DNA of 64,000 nt from a virus (lineage: Duplodnaviria > Caudoviricetes): the IMG/VR virus record IMGVR_UViG_3300026094_000002; one strand, 5' to 3'. This document shows, piece after piece, positions 9,795 to 20,252 of this stretch (positions are counted from its first letter, which is position 1; each line of letters starts with the position of its first letter). The notes beneath the pieces were generated by a model, which was not told the origin of the DNA, searched no databases, and saw nothing but the letters and a program-made list of their open reading frames with translations. Both the position numbers and the translations under genes were made by a program.

Positions 9795-9944
9795 TCACCA
9801 CTCATTTCGCATTGCCTTAATTTCTGCTTTCCACGAACGAAGCAGTAACCGAGGAACACCAACAGCAAGTTCATATAGTGTAGTCCATACAAGAACAGGA
9901 ACAAATATGACTGCAATGTATAAACGGTTCATAATTTTTTTCAT
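9795..9944 (-). CDS. 49-aa membrane peptide
   Basis: MKKIMNRLYIAVIFVPVLVWTTLYELAVGVPRLLLRSWKAEIKAMRNEW; GGAG RBS. Confidence 0.5.
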   Translation of the reverse strand: MKKIMNRLYIAVIFVPVLVWTTLYELAVGVPRLLLRSWKAEIKAMRNEW

Positions 9945-10007
9945 GGTTTACTCTCCTAAGAAACCAAAGTTTATAATATTATAACAGTGACACAAAAGTC
10001 AACCGTT

Positions 10008-10490
10008 TTAATTGGCTAATCTTCGTGTTTCTTCTTCTGCGGCTTTAAGTTCTTCTTCGGTGACTACACCTTCTGCCAATAATCGTTTTCTATTAGCCAA
10101 GTGTTTAGCATCAATATCTTCTTTTGCACCACCGTCATATGGGACTGCGTAACCTTCTTCAACTAAAATTTCAGTTAATAACTTATCACCAATTTTAAAG
10201 TCACCCAATACTCGCCCAAACTTGCCTCGCATATCTTCGCCTTCTTTATTCAAACGAGTACAGAGAATGACATCACCTTCTAATAATTCTCCAACCCTTT
10301 TACCAGCAAGTTTGCCAAATAGTTTTTCTACTCTGTCTAATGTTCTTGACTCTGGTGTATCAATACCCATTATGCGTACTCTTTCATCTCGCAATATGAT
10401 GTCAAATCCTAAATCAATATCAACATCAACAGTATCGCCATCTACAACATTAATTACTTTTGCCCTGTATTCGTACATGATAATCTCCAA
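10008..10490 (-). CDS. thermonuclease (SNase-like)
   Basis: VVDGDTVD...RIMGIDTPES...GKFGRVLG motifs. Confidence 0.9.
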   Translation of the reverse strand: MEIIMYEYRAKVINVVDGDTVDVDIDLGFDIILRDERVRIMGIDTPESRTLDRVEKLFGKLAGKRVGELLEGDVILCTRLNKEGEDMRGKFGRVLGDFKIGDKLLTEILVEEGYAVPYDGGAKEDIDAKHLANRKRLLAEGVVTEEELKAAEEETRRLAN

Positions 10491-10508
10491 ATTATCATGT
10501 ACTTATCT

Positions 10509-11522
10509 TTAAATATAAATTGTCTCTGCTGGCTGAATTTGTCTCACATCATAGAAAAACAAATCTACAGACGGGATCTTGTCTCTGGACATTTTATGTA
10601 TAACAAAATCAACGCTTTCTTTTGAAAAAAAGTAATCTAAAAATGGACGCAGACGGTTTGAACGCTCACACCATATTCTATAGACATATTTTTCCTCATC
10701 CACCCAAAAATAACTTGCACCTGAATGTGAACTTCCGTTCCCACCACTTTTTCCTCTGGATGTTTTCAATACAGGGTAAAGTGTTTTAGCAATAGGCACC
10801 ATATCATTTTTATACGCTGACTTTTCTGAACGATAATGTGATTGTAGATGTTCTAATTTTAAATCTTCATCATAAAAATCTGGGATAGTTACCAACAAAG
10901 GAAAACAAGCAGAATTAACCGTTTTAGCAGAGAGGTCTTCTCTTAAAAGTCTCATCATCTTTTTTCTTGTGTCACTAACATCACCAGATTTTAATGCTGC
11001 CACCGTGAATTTACTTTCAAAGTGTTTTCTAATATCATCTGCTTTTTCTTTTGCAGCATTACTAGGGTTGTGAAAATGCTTCTCAAGTTCAGAGTCGCCA
11101 ATGTCCAGTGTACCAGATAGCAAAAATCCTTCCAGTATCTGAACAATTTCTACATTGCCAATTTGTTTATTCTTCAACTCACAGATAATAGCAAGAAGAT
11201 CAGATGGAAAAGTGAATTTTCTCAGTGGAGTACCCACATCAAATATATCAAATGGCCAGTCTATTGTTGCATCAATACTTGCATCTCCAGCACTCAAATC
11301 TATGCAATCGATGTCAATTGTAATATCATCATCACTAAACAATGCATCAGATATATCAATCGTGTTTTCTATCTGGTTGTTTGTTAGAGTCAGGGTTCCA
11401 AATTCTGTCCCACCCTTTTTTGTATTTGTCATCATCTGCACCTTTTCTTCGTTGATCACCTTTGCCACCTTCCCATTTACCGCCCATCTTTGTTGTCCTC
11501 TTGTTCTTTGTCTATACGCCAA
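10509..11522 (-). CDS. hypothetical protein
   Basis: Long ORF; start uncertain. Confidence 0.7.
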   Translation of the reverse strand: MAYRQRTRGQQRWAVNGKVAKVINEEKVQMMTNTKKGGTEFGTLTLTNNQIENTIDISDALFSDDDITIDIDCIDLSAGDASIDATIDWPFDIFDVGTPLRKFTFPSDLLAIICELKNKQIGNVEIVQILEGFLLSGTLDIGDSELEKHFHNPSNAAKEKADDIRKHFESKFTVAALKSGDVSDTRKKMMRLLREDLSAKTVNSACFPLLVTIPDFYDEDLKLEHLQSHYRSEKSAYKNDMVPIAKTLYPVLKTSRGKSGGNGSSHSGASYFWVDEEKYVYRIWCERSNRLRPFLDYFFSKESVDFVIHKMSRDKIPSVDLFFYDVRQIQPAETIYI

Positions 11523-11767
11523 TCTGGGCCAAGCGATACGAATACATTTTTACCAAGAACACATTGATACATTTTTGTAGATTCAACATATAACATTTCT
11601 AATATAGATGATTCGTTTATTTTGATAACCAATTTTTGTTTTGGTTCAAACTCCAGAATATCACCATTTTTGTCTATGTCATGCGTTAGATTTCTAACAA
11701 CGCAGCGGGATTCATTACCTATTGACCAAGCCATACTAATCCCAAAGTGCCCTAAAATATTTTCCAA
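11477..11767 (-). CDS. hypothetical protein
   Basis: ORF track. Confidence 0.5.
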   Translation of the reverse strand: MENILGHFGISMAWSIGNESRCVVRNLTHDIDKNGDILEFEPKQKLVIKINESSILEMLYVESTKMYQCVLGKNVFVSLGPDWRIDKEQEDNKDGR

Positions 11768-12437
11768 ACATTTTTAGGCCATAATCCACACGCTCCGAAT
11801 ATGCATCATATCCTTCTTTGTCAAAATGTCTAGTATCATTAGGACCTTTGTCCATTCTGTAATAAATTATGCCGTCATAGTCGTCATCAACTTCGTTGCC
11901 TTTTACATCAACTTTGGTCCATATAAGATCACTTTCTCCAGTAAAAAACTCTTCTTCGCCGGGCATGTCTTCGGAAATTTCTCTAAAACTCCAGATCATA
12001 GCGTCTAGAACGTAATCCCAGCGTTCAAAATGCTTGTCGTCTACTTCGCCATTTTCTTTCTGCTTTTTGGTAAGTTTGTCGCCATGCAATTTCTTGGGCA
12101 CGTCTTCTAAATCAACAAACGGAGCACCCTGTTTGGTTACGCGTAACTGCTCTAAAACAGGTAGAATAATGTGAGAAAGGGTTTCGTTTGCATTCCAAAC
12201 GTCCCATGGATCTACATGCACTCGTACTTTTTGCTTACGTCGACTCTGAATCAGGTTGATGGTATAATGCAGTACATTCTGCCATCCATCCAGGAACTTC
12301 AATACTGTTCGATCTAACCAATCGTGTTCGCTATCATTGACTTGCCAGTCATACTTACCGTGACGCCACTCTAGGTATCGTTTTTCTATACGCTGGGTGT
12401 TGAACCAGTGCACGTGTTTACCTATGGTCGCTTTCAT
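11736..12437 (-). CDS. conserved large-phage hypothetical protein
   Basis: DPWDVWNANETLSHIILPVL...WDYVLDAMIWSF...GLKMFGKYFRALWD. Confidence 0.8.
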   Translation of the reverse strand: MKATIGKHVHWFNTQRIEKRYLEWRHGKYDWQVNDSEHDWLDRTVLKFLDGWQNVLHYTINLIQSRRKQKVRVHVDPWDVWNANETLSHIILPVLEQLRVTKQGAPFVDLEDVPKKLHGDKLTKKQKENGEVDDKHFERWDYVLDAMIWSFREISEDMPGEEEFFTGESDLIWTKVDVKGNEVDDDYDGIIYYRMDKGPNDTRHFDKEGYDAYSERVDYGLKMFGKYFRALWD

Positions 12438-12634
12438 TCTTCTAATCCTGCATCAACTCGTTGTAAGTATAACTGATACTCTTGTTGATTTATCTTATCA
12501 ACTTCATCTTGCAAAGACTCTCCATGAAACTTTTGAAATTCAGATATCTGCTCTTCTACTGACGTCCATAGGTTGCCTTTTATTTTACTTCCGTGTTTTT
12601 CTAACCATTCTTCATAGGTTAATGTTTTGTTCAT
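12434..12634 (-). CDS. hypothetical protein
   Basis: 4-bp overlap with the next gene. Confidence 0.65.
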   Translation of the reverse strand: MNKTLTYEEWLEKHGSKIKGNLWTSVEEQISEFQKFHGESLQDEVDKINQQEYQLYLQRVDAGLEE

Positions 12635-12853
12635 TTTTCAAATACCTTCTCAATTGTTCTGTGTATTCTATTTCGCGTTCGCGTTCGGGAGACTGAATCC
12701 ACTTGTCTACATCAACATATATATCGCCGTCATGCGATACCTGAACATAATCAGGATATTTGTTTCTTTTAGTTTTCATGTTTTGGAACCATTTAATTTA
12801 CCAACTCCCATAGGAAAGGTCTTGGTTATATTTTTCATAATTGCCTCAATAAA

Positions 12854-13201
12854 TTATTGTGCTAGACTGAGCACGGTAAGATACTTTTCATATGCATCTT
12901 TCACAGCAGGATTTTCATTTCTAACACGACTTTCGTGTTCGTGTTGGTCAATTATTAGATCTATGCTTTTTCCAAAGTGTTTTCTAATCCACGTATCATG
13001 TTCCACAAGAGCATGAAACTGTGCTTGTGGCATGTGAATTGCGACCATTTGTTCATATTCAATATCTAGAGCAGGATCTGTAATTGCTTCTCTATCACTA
13101 AAAGTTACGCCAGTGTTTTTGACCTTATTAACGCGATAGGGGCTTTCTTCTACACGAGCACGATATTTTTTGGAAAAATTTTTAATAGTATCACCCATCA
13201 C
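12854..13201 (-). CDS. hypothetical protein
   Basis: C-terminal NPAVKDAYEKYLTVLSL, also seen in variant form in 13601-14080. Confidence 0.7.
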   Translation of the reverse strand: MMGDTIKNFSKKYRARVEESPYRVNKVKNTGVTFSDREAITDPALDIEYEQMVAIHMPQAQFHALVEHDTWIRKHFGKSIDLIIDQHEHESRVRNENPAVKDAYEKYLTVLSLAQ

Positions 13202-13604
13202 TTTCTACTTTCTTTATTGCTTTGTTAAGTGTGTTAGCATAGTTTAATGCTTGTTGCCGAGAAAGAAAAATGCTTGACTCATATTTTACATAACCACGGA
13301 ATAGAATATTCCAAATCAACCGACTGCGACGCACAGTTTCATTTAGAATGTATGCAGCCCAACTCCACACCCAATAGAGTGCTTCATTATCTACCCGAGG
13401 ATTTTGTTCAACAGTTGTACTCCAAAAGTCGGTTGATACTTCTGTAGTGATATCAACTGAAATCTGTTTTGTTTCTCGGTCTGCTTCTATCCAAATGCTG
13501 TGATAATGATCCTTTGATCCGCAATCACATTCAACTTCATACCACACAGCATCACCATAATCTTTTTTCTTCAAAATGCCTTCGGCGGGTGTTTCACTCT
13601 TCAT
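13191..13604 (-). CDS. hypothetical protein with CxC/H motif
   Basis: ECDCGSKDHYH; likely start MKSETP at 13604. Confidence 0.7.
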   Translation of the reverse strand: MKSETPAEGILKKKDYGDAVWYEVECDCGSKDHYHSIWIEADRETKQISVDITTEVSTDFWSTTVEQNPRVDNEALYWVWSWAAYILNETVRRSRLIWNILFRGYVKYESSIFLSRQQALNYANTLNKAIKKVESDG

Positions 13605-14080
13605 GATGTTGCCTTTTTTTGTTTTTCCTGACCACACAGTTTTGCCATTAAGACAAATTCTTCATAGGCTTTCTTAACACTCTCGTTGGATAACATTTCG
13701 TCAACCAGAAATTCCAACTCTGATATTGCTGCTTGAGCAACCTCGTGTGGGCTTGGATGTTGCAACCCAACTAAATCATTTCCAAATGCCTCTTTCATAT
13801 TGTCCCATGCTTCTTTCTGCATTGCAGTCACTGGCGTATGACTTGATTTTGCATAACTGTTTTCTACCAGTTCAACGATAATAGCATCACGGGCATATTC
13901 TAACGCAGCAATAACTGCGGCATTATCTGGATCAATGTGATAGCGTGTTGCACCACGACCGGGGGCTACGCGAATCAAGTGTGCACCGTAAGGCAAACTT
14001 TCCATTACATTGCTATCATAATGTGAAACAGGAACAAAATCTCCGTTTTCATCTTTCTTATAATAGGTTTCTTGAATCAT
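13601..14080 (-). CDS. hypothetical protein
   Basis: ORF coupled on both sides. Confidence 0.7.
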   Translation of the reverse strand: MIQETYYKKDENGDFVPVSHYDSNVMESLPYGAHLIRVAPGRGATRYHIDPDNAAVIAALEYARDAIIVELVENSYAKSSHTPVTAMQKEAWDNMKEAFGNDLVGLQHPSPHEVAQAAISELEFLVDEMLSNESVKKAYEEFVLMAKLCGQEKQKKATS

Positions 14081-14343
14081 TAGACTTCCTTTACATCACC
14101 GTTTTCATCAATTTTTGTATCTTCATACGGTGCTGCAATACGCCGGTATAACTCAAGTTTACAACCCTCTAATGCACCAATACAATCATTGACGTTCTGG
14201 TAATTTAATCCTTTATCTCTGAGATAATTTTGAACAACCACTGTAAAAATATAGTTCAGTTCTCCAGCGTTATCACAACAGTATCCCAAATTTTTTGGCA
14301 AATCTCTGAATATGTCACGCTGTTCTTTTTTAATATAAGGCAT
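14080..14343 (-). CDS. conserved phage protein (DUF6899-like)
   Basis: MPYIK...AGELNY...GALEGCKLELYRRIAAPYEDTKI..NGDV. Confidence 0.75.
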   Translation of the reverse strand: MPYIKKEQRDIFRDLPKNLGYCCDNAGELNYIFTVVVQNYLRDKGLNYQNVNDCIGALEGCKLELYRRIAAPYEDTKIDENGDVKEV

Positions 14344-14346
14344 TGT

Positions 14347-14808
14347 TCAACCTATAATTTTGTCATCAATAAAAATTTTCAATGTGTTATTATCGTCTTG
14401 TAGAGAATACTTTGGAATTTCTCTCTTGTCAAGATACCTTACATAACTTCTTTCATCGGCATCAATAACCTCAAGACGATTAATGCCCGACATTGCATTT
14501 AATTCTTCACCATCAAAGATAGCATTATGGATTGACATATATCCACAGTCTAAACCTCTGCCGTACATTCCAGTGTCAAAACCAAATACTTGGTAAAGTG
14601 TATGACGATAGGAACCTCTGTCCTGACCATCTGCCTTCCAGATTCTCTTACACACTGCGTAGAAGGCGTCTTCTCTTTCTTTCTCGGTAAGACCTTCCCA
14701 CCACGCATCGTTCTGTTTTTCGTATTCATCTTTCGCTGCTTGTATTTCTTCACTTATGTCGGTGAATTTTTGCAGTATATCATCTTTTTCAGTTGTCATT
14801 TTCTCCAT
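14347..14808 (-). CDS. conserved phage hypothetical protein
   Basis: GSYRHTLYQVFGFD...GYMSIHNAI; EVID..RSYV...QDD..TLKIF tail. Confidence 0.75.
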   Translation of the reverse strand: MEKMTTEKDDILQKFTDISEEIQAAKDEYEKQNDAWWEGLTEKEREDAFYAVCKRIWKADGQDRGSYRHTLYQVFGFDTGMYGRGLDCGYMSIHNAIFDGEELNAMSGINRLEVIDADERSYVRYLDKREIPKYSLQDDNNTLKIFIDDKIIG

Positions 14809-14817
14809 CCAATGTGT

Positions 14818-15117
14818 TTAAATTACGGCTTCTACCAAATTATAAACCAGCAAGTCTTCCATATTTTTAAGGTCATCTACCAAAGATATATCATTGAAGT
14901 AGACCGTGACATTACCCCACTGTGATACATCAGGGACAAGTTTTGTGTCTCGGCTGCTTATAGCACGGCGAGTTTCGTCAAGCGGTGGTTTATCATTCAC
15001 TGTTGTTCGGTGTGGGCAGCAGGTTTCTGGTTTTAGCACAACATATGACTGCACACTAACACGATAACGGTATTGATTGTAGAAAAATTTACTTGGGTGT
15101 ACCGCTTTTATCTTCAT
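14818..15117 (-). CDS. hypothetical protein
   Basis: ORF track. Confidence 0.6.
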   Translation of the reverse strand: MKIKAVHPSKFFYNQYRYRVSVQSYVVLKPETCCPHRTTVNDKPPLDETRRAISSRDTKLVPDVSQWGNVTVYFNDISLVDDLKNMEDLLVYNLVEAVI

Positions 15118-15280
15118 TATTCATATAATTTATTGGATTATATACTTCCGTGATACTTTTATGCACAGATTCTAACCACTTTTCATAAACTTGGCTACCT
15201 AATTCTGCTTGCTTTTCAGATGGTATAAAGAGTTCTTTTGCTTCATCTGTTGTCAAATCTAATTCAATATTAATTTTCAT
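15089..15280 (-). CDS. hypothetical protein
   Basis: ORF track; coupled. Confidence 0.6.
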   Translation of the reverse strand: MKINIELDLTTDEAKELFIPSEKQAELGSQVYEKWLESVHKSITEVYNPINYMNNEDKSGTPK

Positions 15281-15582
15281 TTTTTAATCCTTTCTGGTTT
15301 ATAACCAATTTCGGTAATTGCGTTTTCAACAATTATATCATTAGTCCATCCAACATTTATAGGCTCATCTTCTCTAAACTGCTTAATTGCTTCTTCTAGT
15401 GTAACCTCACGCGAACTAACAATTGTTTCGCCAAGATGTTTCTGTGTAAATTCTTTGACATCTTCGCAAACTACGGAATCTTCTGCATATTCAATCGGAT
15501 CGCATTCAGCATCATCGGGAACTTCTACAACATAACGCATACGAAACTGTGAAATTGCGTCAACCATTACATACTTGCTCAT
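15277..15582 (-). CDS. conserved phage hypothetical protein
   Basis: SQFRMRYVVEVP...EFTQKHLGETIVSSREV. Confidence 0.75.
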   Translation of the reverse strand: MSKYVMVDAISQFRMRYVVEVPDDAECDPIEYAEDSVVCEDVKEFTQKHLGETIVSSREVTLEEAIKQFREDEPINVGWTNDIIVENAITEIGYKPERIKK

Positions 15583-15604
15583 TTTTTAACCTCTTAAATT
15601 GTTG

Positions 15605-15856
15605 TTAAGCATTAGATTCTTCAAAACAGTTAAACCCAGATTGATGTTCAAAGGTAAGCAGTCCAAATCTTTCTGAACGTGGGTTTCTGCAATATCCATA
15701 ATCATCGTCTATACGGTCATACCAGATACAACCACAACTACAATCTGGATATTCTAAATTTTTGTTTTCCCAACGATCAATATCTCCACCGTACTCGGCA
15801 TAATCTGTGGGTTTCGCTTCTGTATTGACATCATTCATCTTTGACAAATTTTCCAT
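15605..15856 (-). CDS. small Cys-rich protein
   Basis: PDCSCGCIWY...CRNPRS...LLTFEHQ.C. Confidence 0.65.
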   Translation of the reverse strand: MENLSKMNDVNTEAKPTDYAEYGGDIDRWENKNLEYPDCSCGCIWYDRIDDDYGYCRNPRSERFGLLTFEHQSGFNCFEESNA

Positions 15857-16241
15857 CTTTTACTCGGTATACCTCGCATCCATTCAGAGACGAACGGATA
15901 TAGGTTCTTCCACCATCAATTGTGTTACCATTTTCAAATTGTTTATAGTCATGATGGCTCCGTGAATATTCTAAATCACCATCATCATTTTCTACTAAGC
16001 CAAACTCGAACTCTTCCACTCCATCAGCATTAGTAATCATTACCTGCCCATCGGGATGATAATATAAGCCAAAATAACGATTACCAAACTCTGGATGTGG
16101 TGTTTCACGGTAAAAAACATCTGCAGGTGTGTCACTGAGAGAAAGATCAGTGGTGCATACATACTGTACAGACACACCGTCTTTTTTAGTATAATGCTCA
16201 ACTACCTTTTCAGTTGGAAATACTGGATCATGTTTAATCAT
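15831..16241 (-). CDS. conserved phage hypothetical protein
   Basis: YSRSHHDY...IDGGRTYIR motif. Confidence 0.75.
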   Translation of the reverse strand: MIKHDPVFPTEKVVEHYTKKDGVSVQYVCTTDLSLSDTPADVFYRETPHPEFGNRYFGLYYHPDGQVMITNADGVEEFEFGLVENDDGDLEYSRSHHDYKQFENGNTIDGGRTYIRSSLNGCEVYRVKDGKFVKDE

Positions 16242-16525
16242 TTTTTCAACACCTGCATAAGAGTTTCGTTTTCTTGTTCTACTTCTTCTCGTGCATCATG
16301 CCAGTTATCAGAACAAAACACGAATAACCCATATAAGATTCCACCCAAGAAACAAACCAGTGGCACAATATAAAATAGGGCCAACACCACATGAGCAAGA
16401 GTATATCCCCACAGTGTCGCAGCAAAATGCGTTAATGAAATTGTTCCCAAAACTGTAGCAGTAGTAAGAACAGGCTTTGCAATCTTTTGAAGAAACCGTT
16501 TTTGTACTCTAGTCATAATTACCAA
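16238..16525 (-). CDS. two-TM membrane protein
   Basis: Two hydrophobic segments. Confidence 0.65.
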   Translation of the reverse strand: MVIMTRVQKRFLQKIAKPVLTTATVLGTISLTHFAATLWGYTLAHVVLALFYIVPLVCFLGGILYGLFVFCSDNWHDAREEVEQENETLMQVLKK

Positions 16526-16728
16526 GTCCCCGGGTCTGTGATATCTTTTTCTTTCAGTATGTCTGTGTTAATATCTTCAACCGTTGCTATCAAAACATCT
16601 GGGCCTATTCCGGTCAAGTTGTCTTTTGACCGAAGCCACATGTACCGTGCTTTATCATTTTCTTGAAGCAAATCGTACATTTTTTCTACTTGCTCTCGTG
16701 AAAGTAACATTTTATGGATATCTTTCAT
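16519..16728 (-). CDS. hypothetical protein
   Basis: 69-aa ORF ending DITDPGTW. Confidence 0.6.
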   Translation of the reverse strand: MKDIHKMLLSREQVEKMYDLLQENDKARYMWLRSKDNLTGIGPDVLIATVEDINTDILKEKDITDPGTW

Positions 16729-16748
16729 TGTCTATTTCCTCTATTAAA

Positions 16749-17366
16749 TTATGCAGGACCGGAAGTCAAAACTTTTTTCGCAATCGTTTTTTCAATTCCG
16801 GGATTAATGTGCTTTACATGCGGGACACATACATGCCTGACATAATTTCTGGTATATCGCATTTCACTATTGCTGGAATCTTCAACATACGGCACATTGT
16901 GTCGCTCAGCCCACTGTCTAAAAACACGCTTGGGTGTAAGACGAAATGGACGAATAACTGTGTTTAGACGATTCCACGGAATGATTTTTGGAATGCCATG
17001 CATTGCTGACCAAATCCAAGTCTCAATACAATCATCAAGATGGTGACAGGTGACAACTGGCAAATCGGTATCTTCAGATACGGCATCAATAATACGATAG
17101 CGTTCGTTACGCCAGTGTTCTTCTGGACTTTTATCATCTGGTCGGTTTGGGTTGTCAATATGTCTGACAATAACCTCAATGTCATTTTCCTGACAATAAT
17201 TGACCACACAATCTTGCATTGCAGTTGCTTGAACAGTGCCGTGATTGACATAGAGCACAACAACCTCGTGCTTTCGCTGCAAGAAGTCTAACGCACTCAT
17301 AGAGTCAACGCCGCCGGAACAGGCGAGAATGAATTTGTGTGGTAGTTGACCTTGAAGTTTAATCAT
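16749..17366 (-). CDS. tilS: tRNA(Ile)-lysidine synthetase, N-terminal PP-loop domain only
   Basis: SGGVDS PP-loop, VNHG, HHLDDCIET, IRPF, EDSSN, TRNYVR. Confidence 0.88.
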   Translation of the reverse strand: MIKLQGQLPHKFILACSGGVDSMSALDFLQRKHEVVVLYVNHGTVQATAMQDCVVNYCQENDIEVIVRHIDNPNRPDDKSPEEHWRNERYRIIDAVSEDTDLPVVTCHHLDDCIETWIWSAMHGIPKIIPWNRLNTVIRPFRLTPKRVFRQWAERHNVPYVEDSSNSEMRYTRNYVRHVCVPHVKHINPGIEKTIAKKVLTSGPA

Positions 17367-17426
17367 TATCCAGTTTTACAATGTGGCTACTTTCATACAG
17401 TAGGCTACATCATGTAAAACAGAATG

Positions 17427-17768
17427 TCAAGCGGTTTCTTTTGTTCCGTTATCGCTGATAATTTTTTCTAAGGTAAGATAAGGTATGCGTTCATTTGGTA
17501 CATATCTCCAGTAGTGTTTTACATCAACACTGTCTGGTTCCGTCCTATATGTTCCAAAAACTGTGGTAGTGATTCCAATTCTAATAATAACAGCGGGAGT
17601 ACCGTCTAAAATAACTTGATCACCTTCATTGAAATTTTTATCAAGTTTAAAAGCAAGTCCTTTTGCCATTTTGGTTGCTAAGTCTCTAAACCAAAGTGTT
17701 AGTACTAATATAAAAAGACCTGTTAGATACGGTGCTATAAGTTGTTCTAACTCTGCAGTATCAGGCAT
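17427..17768 (-). CDS. minimal MscS-like membrane protein
   Basis: TM helix followed by FNEGDQVILDG...IIRIGITTTVF...VPN, as in the MscS beta domain. Confidence 0.6.
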   Translation of the reverse strand: MPDTAELEQLIAPYLTGLFILVLTLWFRDLATKMAKGLAFKLDKNFNEGDQVILDGTPAVIIRIGITTTVFGTYRTEPDSVDVKHYWRYVPNERIPYLTLEKIISDNGTKETA

Positions 17769-17807
17769 ATTTCGCTCCTATATGCCTTATTTATGTAATA
17801 TTATCTA

Positions 17808-19547
17808 TTAATTGTCTTCACCAAACAATTCGTCAATCTCTTCTTGCAATTTTTCTTTGGCTGCATCCTCATCATAAGCATATACATTGTCAATGCTTAT
17901 AGTTGGCTCTGAAATACTGGTAAGTGCATCTAGTATGTCACCCCAGTCACCAAATTGAGAAACATTTATGGGGCGATCATCGGTGAGGGACTCCATAAAA
18001 TCTAACATAAGTTCAATAGATAATCTAAGTTGATATTTTTCAGAACCTTCTGTTTGTACGAAACCATTGTCTCTTAACCACTCACCTAGGTACTTTTCTG
18101 CTTTCGCAGTTGTACCAGAATATATTCCATCAAACAAGGCACTCATAAACATACGACGAATATCCAATGATTCTTCTATCATATCTTCAAAACTGTCAAT
18201 ATCAGCCGTTTCACCGGCATCTTCTCTTGCATATTTTTCGATTTTTTCTTGAACATCCTCGTCTAATTCGTCGTATAACTCTTTTGCATAGCCATCTTCG
18301 CCGAGTGTGCCATCAACCATATTGCTTATGTTTTGATAAGTGTCTGAATCTTCAAAAATATCTATAAGATCTGAAACTGTTCTATCAACTGAAAATTGAT
18401 TACTAATATCGATTAATTCGGAAAATTCACCAATAACAATATATGAATCTTCTCCATTTTTAACTATATCTTCATAATCTAGTTCAGAACTTCGTAATTG
18501 AGATTCAAACGCATTTATGACTTCCTCACTCATTCCCTGTTTTTCATAAATTGCAACTAAACCGCCCAATGCAGGTTTTGCATCTAATAATTTTTCGGCA
18601 ACACCATCGTCTAAATCTTCCATCTCAAAGTTATTTTCAGGCAAATAACCACCGCCTTTGATGCCTTTTACAAAATCTTTTTGTAGTAAATCAATTATAT
18701 ACGGATGATATTTCTCGCTGGGTTTGTCATTACCACGCCCTTTCATTTCTCCCAAATACCCGTTCTGGTCCAAAATAAAGGTAAGATGTGGCTTTTGTTT
18801 TGTTTCACCGACTTTTGAGCGGAAACTTAATATACGATCTCCACCAGACGGTGCACCTGTGTTGCCACAATGACCCATTGCTCTGCCTTCTATTTCACAA
18901 TATTCTCTGTCTAATTTAACCCAAGCGTATTTGCCGTAATCAATAATGATTTGGTCGTCAGGTTCAGGTTCAATTTCCTCACGCTGTTTTTGTTCCCACT
19001 CTCTTTCTGCTTCTTGTAATCGTCTAATAAGTTCAGTTGGATCAAGATTTGCTTCCCATTCTACTGCATTAACTTGGGGAGATTGCTCAAACATGGTAGA
19101 CCAGTGATTCCCTAAAGCTAAAACATTAAATGCACCTTGAAACTCTATTAAATTACTAGTGTTATTAACATAAAAGTCAAAATTTTTTTTGGTTATTTTT
19201 TTATACAGATTTTCTAATTGTTGAACTTGTTGTTTAAGCTCTTCCGCTGATTGTGGTGCGTCTGTACCAGCATCTCTATCAGATTGCACAAACTGCCATT
19301 TATTTTCCAATTCTTGTATTTTTGCATCAATAACTTCACCGGTCTCTTTTATTCTCCACCAGCGAAGCCACCAGATGATACGATCTGCTCTTTTAAGAAG
19401 AGTTCTTACTTCTTTTAGTTTCTCATTGGCTCTTTCTTGACTGATAATATCAGCATTCACCATGGTATCCATGATTTGCTTGTATTGCTGCTTATTCTCA
19501 AACAGGTGTGGCTTTATTATAAATTTGGAAAATTCTTGAAATCTCAT
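17808..19547 (-). CDS. large late protein with PcfJ-like motif and acidic C-terminus
   Basis: EGRAMGHCG...ILSFR...PHLTF motif; late promoter box upstream. Confidence 0.65.
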   Translation of the reverse strand: MRFQEFSKFIIKPHLFENKQQYKQIMDTMVNADIISQERANEKLKEVRTLLKRADRIIWWLRWWRIKETGEVIDAKIQELENKWQFVQSDRDAGTDAPQSAEELKQQVQQLENLYKKITKKNFDFYVNNTSNLIEFQGAFNVLALGNHWSTMFEQSPQVNAVEWEANLDPTELIRRLQEAEREWEQKQREEIEPEPDDQIIIDYGKYAWVKLDREYCEIEGRAMGHCGNTGAPSGGDRILSFRSKVGETKQKPHLTFILDQNGYLGEMKGRGNDKPSEKYHPYIIDLLQKDFVKGIKGGGYLPENNFEMEDLDDGVAEKLLDAKPALGGLVAIYEKQGMSEEVINAFESQLRSSELDYEDIVKNGEDSYIVIGEFSELIDISNQFSVDRTVSDLIDIFEDSDTYQNISNMVDGTLGEDGYAKELYDELDEDVQEKIEKYAREDAGETADIDSFEDMIEESLDIRRMFMSALFDGIYSGTTAKAEKYLGEWLRDNGFVQTEGSEKYQLRLSIELMLDFMESLTDDRPINVSQFGDWGDILDALTSISEPTISIDNVYAYDEDAAKEKLQEEIDELFGEDN

Positions 19548-19620
19548 AATTTTAATTGTAGTTTATAAAGTATTTATTTTAAAGCAGAAGTTAATATCCG
19601 AATTACACCTAAATAAAAGT

Positions 19621-20013
19621 ATGAGATCGTTCGCAACTGTACTATTATTAGCCACCATAACTGGTTGCTCAACAATAAAAATTCCAAGTTTTTGGGATCC
19701 AAATCAAGCAGAGTCTATTGTTGATATTCAAATTGCAGTTAATAATGTTGATTGTGATAATCTAAAACAAAATCAAATAACGGCAATAACAGATGAAATA
19801 GAATGGTTCCAAACATACAGCAAGAGTTCCGGTTGGAGACACCAAGATGTTCTACAATTAATCCAACCACTTGATGAAACAGTAGAAGCATTTGAAAACA
19901 GATTTGAGAAAGAGAATTCTATCAATCCTGTATATTGCAATTTGAAAAAGCGAAATATGCAACAACAGAGTGGTAGAGCAGCCGAAGCAATATTAGGGAG
20001 ATTTAAACTATGA
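19621..20013 (+). CDS. lipoprotein
   Basis: Lipobox ITGC; CTAAATA late box upstream. Confidence 0.75.
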   Translation: MRSFATVLLLATITGCSTIKIPSFWDPNQAESIVDIQIAVNNVDCDNLKQNQITAITDEIEWFQTYSKSSGWRHQDVLQLIQPLDETVEAFENRFEKENSINPVYCNLKKRNMQQQSGRAAEAILGRFKL

Positions 20014-20252
20014 GTGCAATGGATCAATTAGAAGAAGTAATGACTTCAGAGAAACGCTGGGCAAGAGAAAGAGCCGAAGTTGCCAAGGCTATTCATCAAC
20101 AATATCGTAGAGGAAATCTCACTGACTCTGAGTATAAAGAACTATTAGAAGATTTAATCAGAACAGATAGATTAGATCAAGATGGCGACGATATGGAATT
20201 ACGCAGCAACTTAGTGTCGGCTGTCAACGGATTATTAAAAGTAATTGGCTAA
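20010..20252 (+). CDS. hypothetical protein
   Basis: 4-bp overlap with the lipoprotein gene. Confidence 0.7.
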   Translation: MSAMDQLEEVMTSEKRWARERAEVAKAIHQQYRRGNLTDSEYKELLEDLIRTDRLDQDGDDMELRSNLVSAVNGLLKVIG

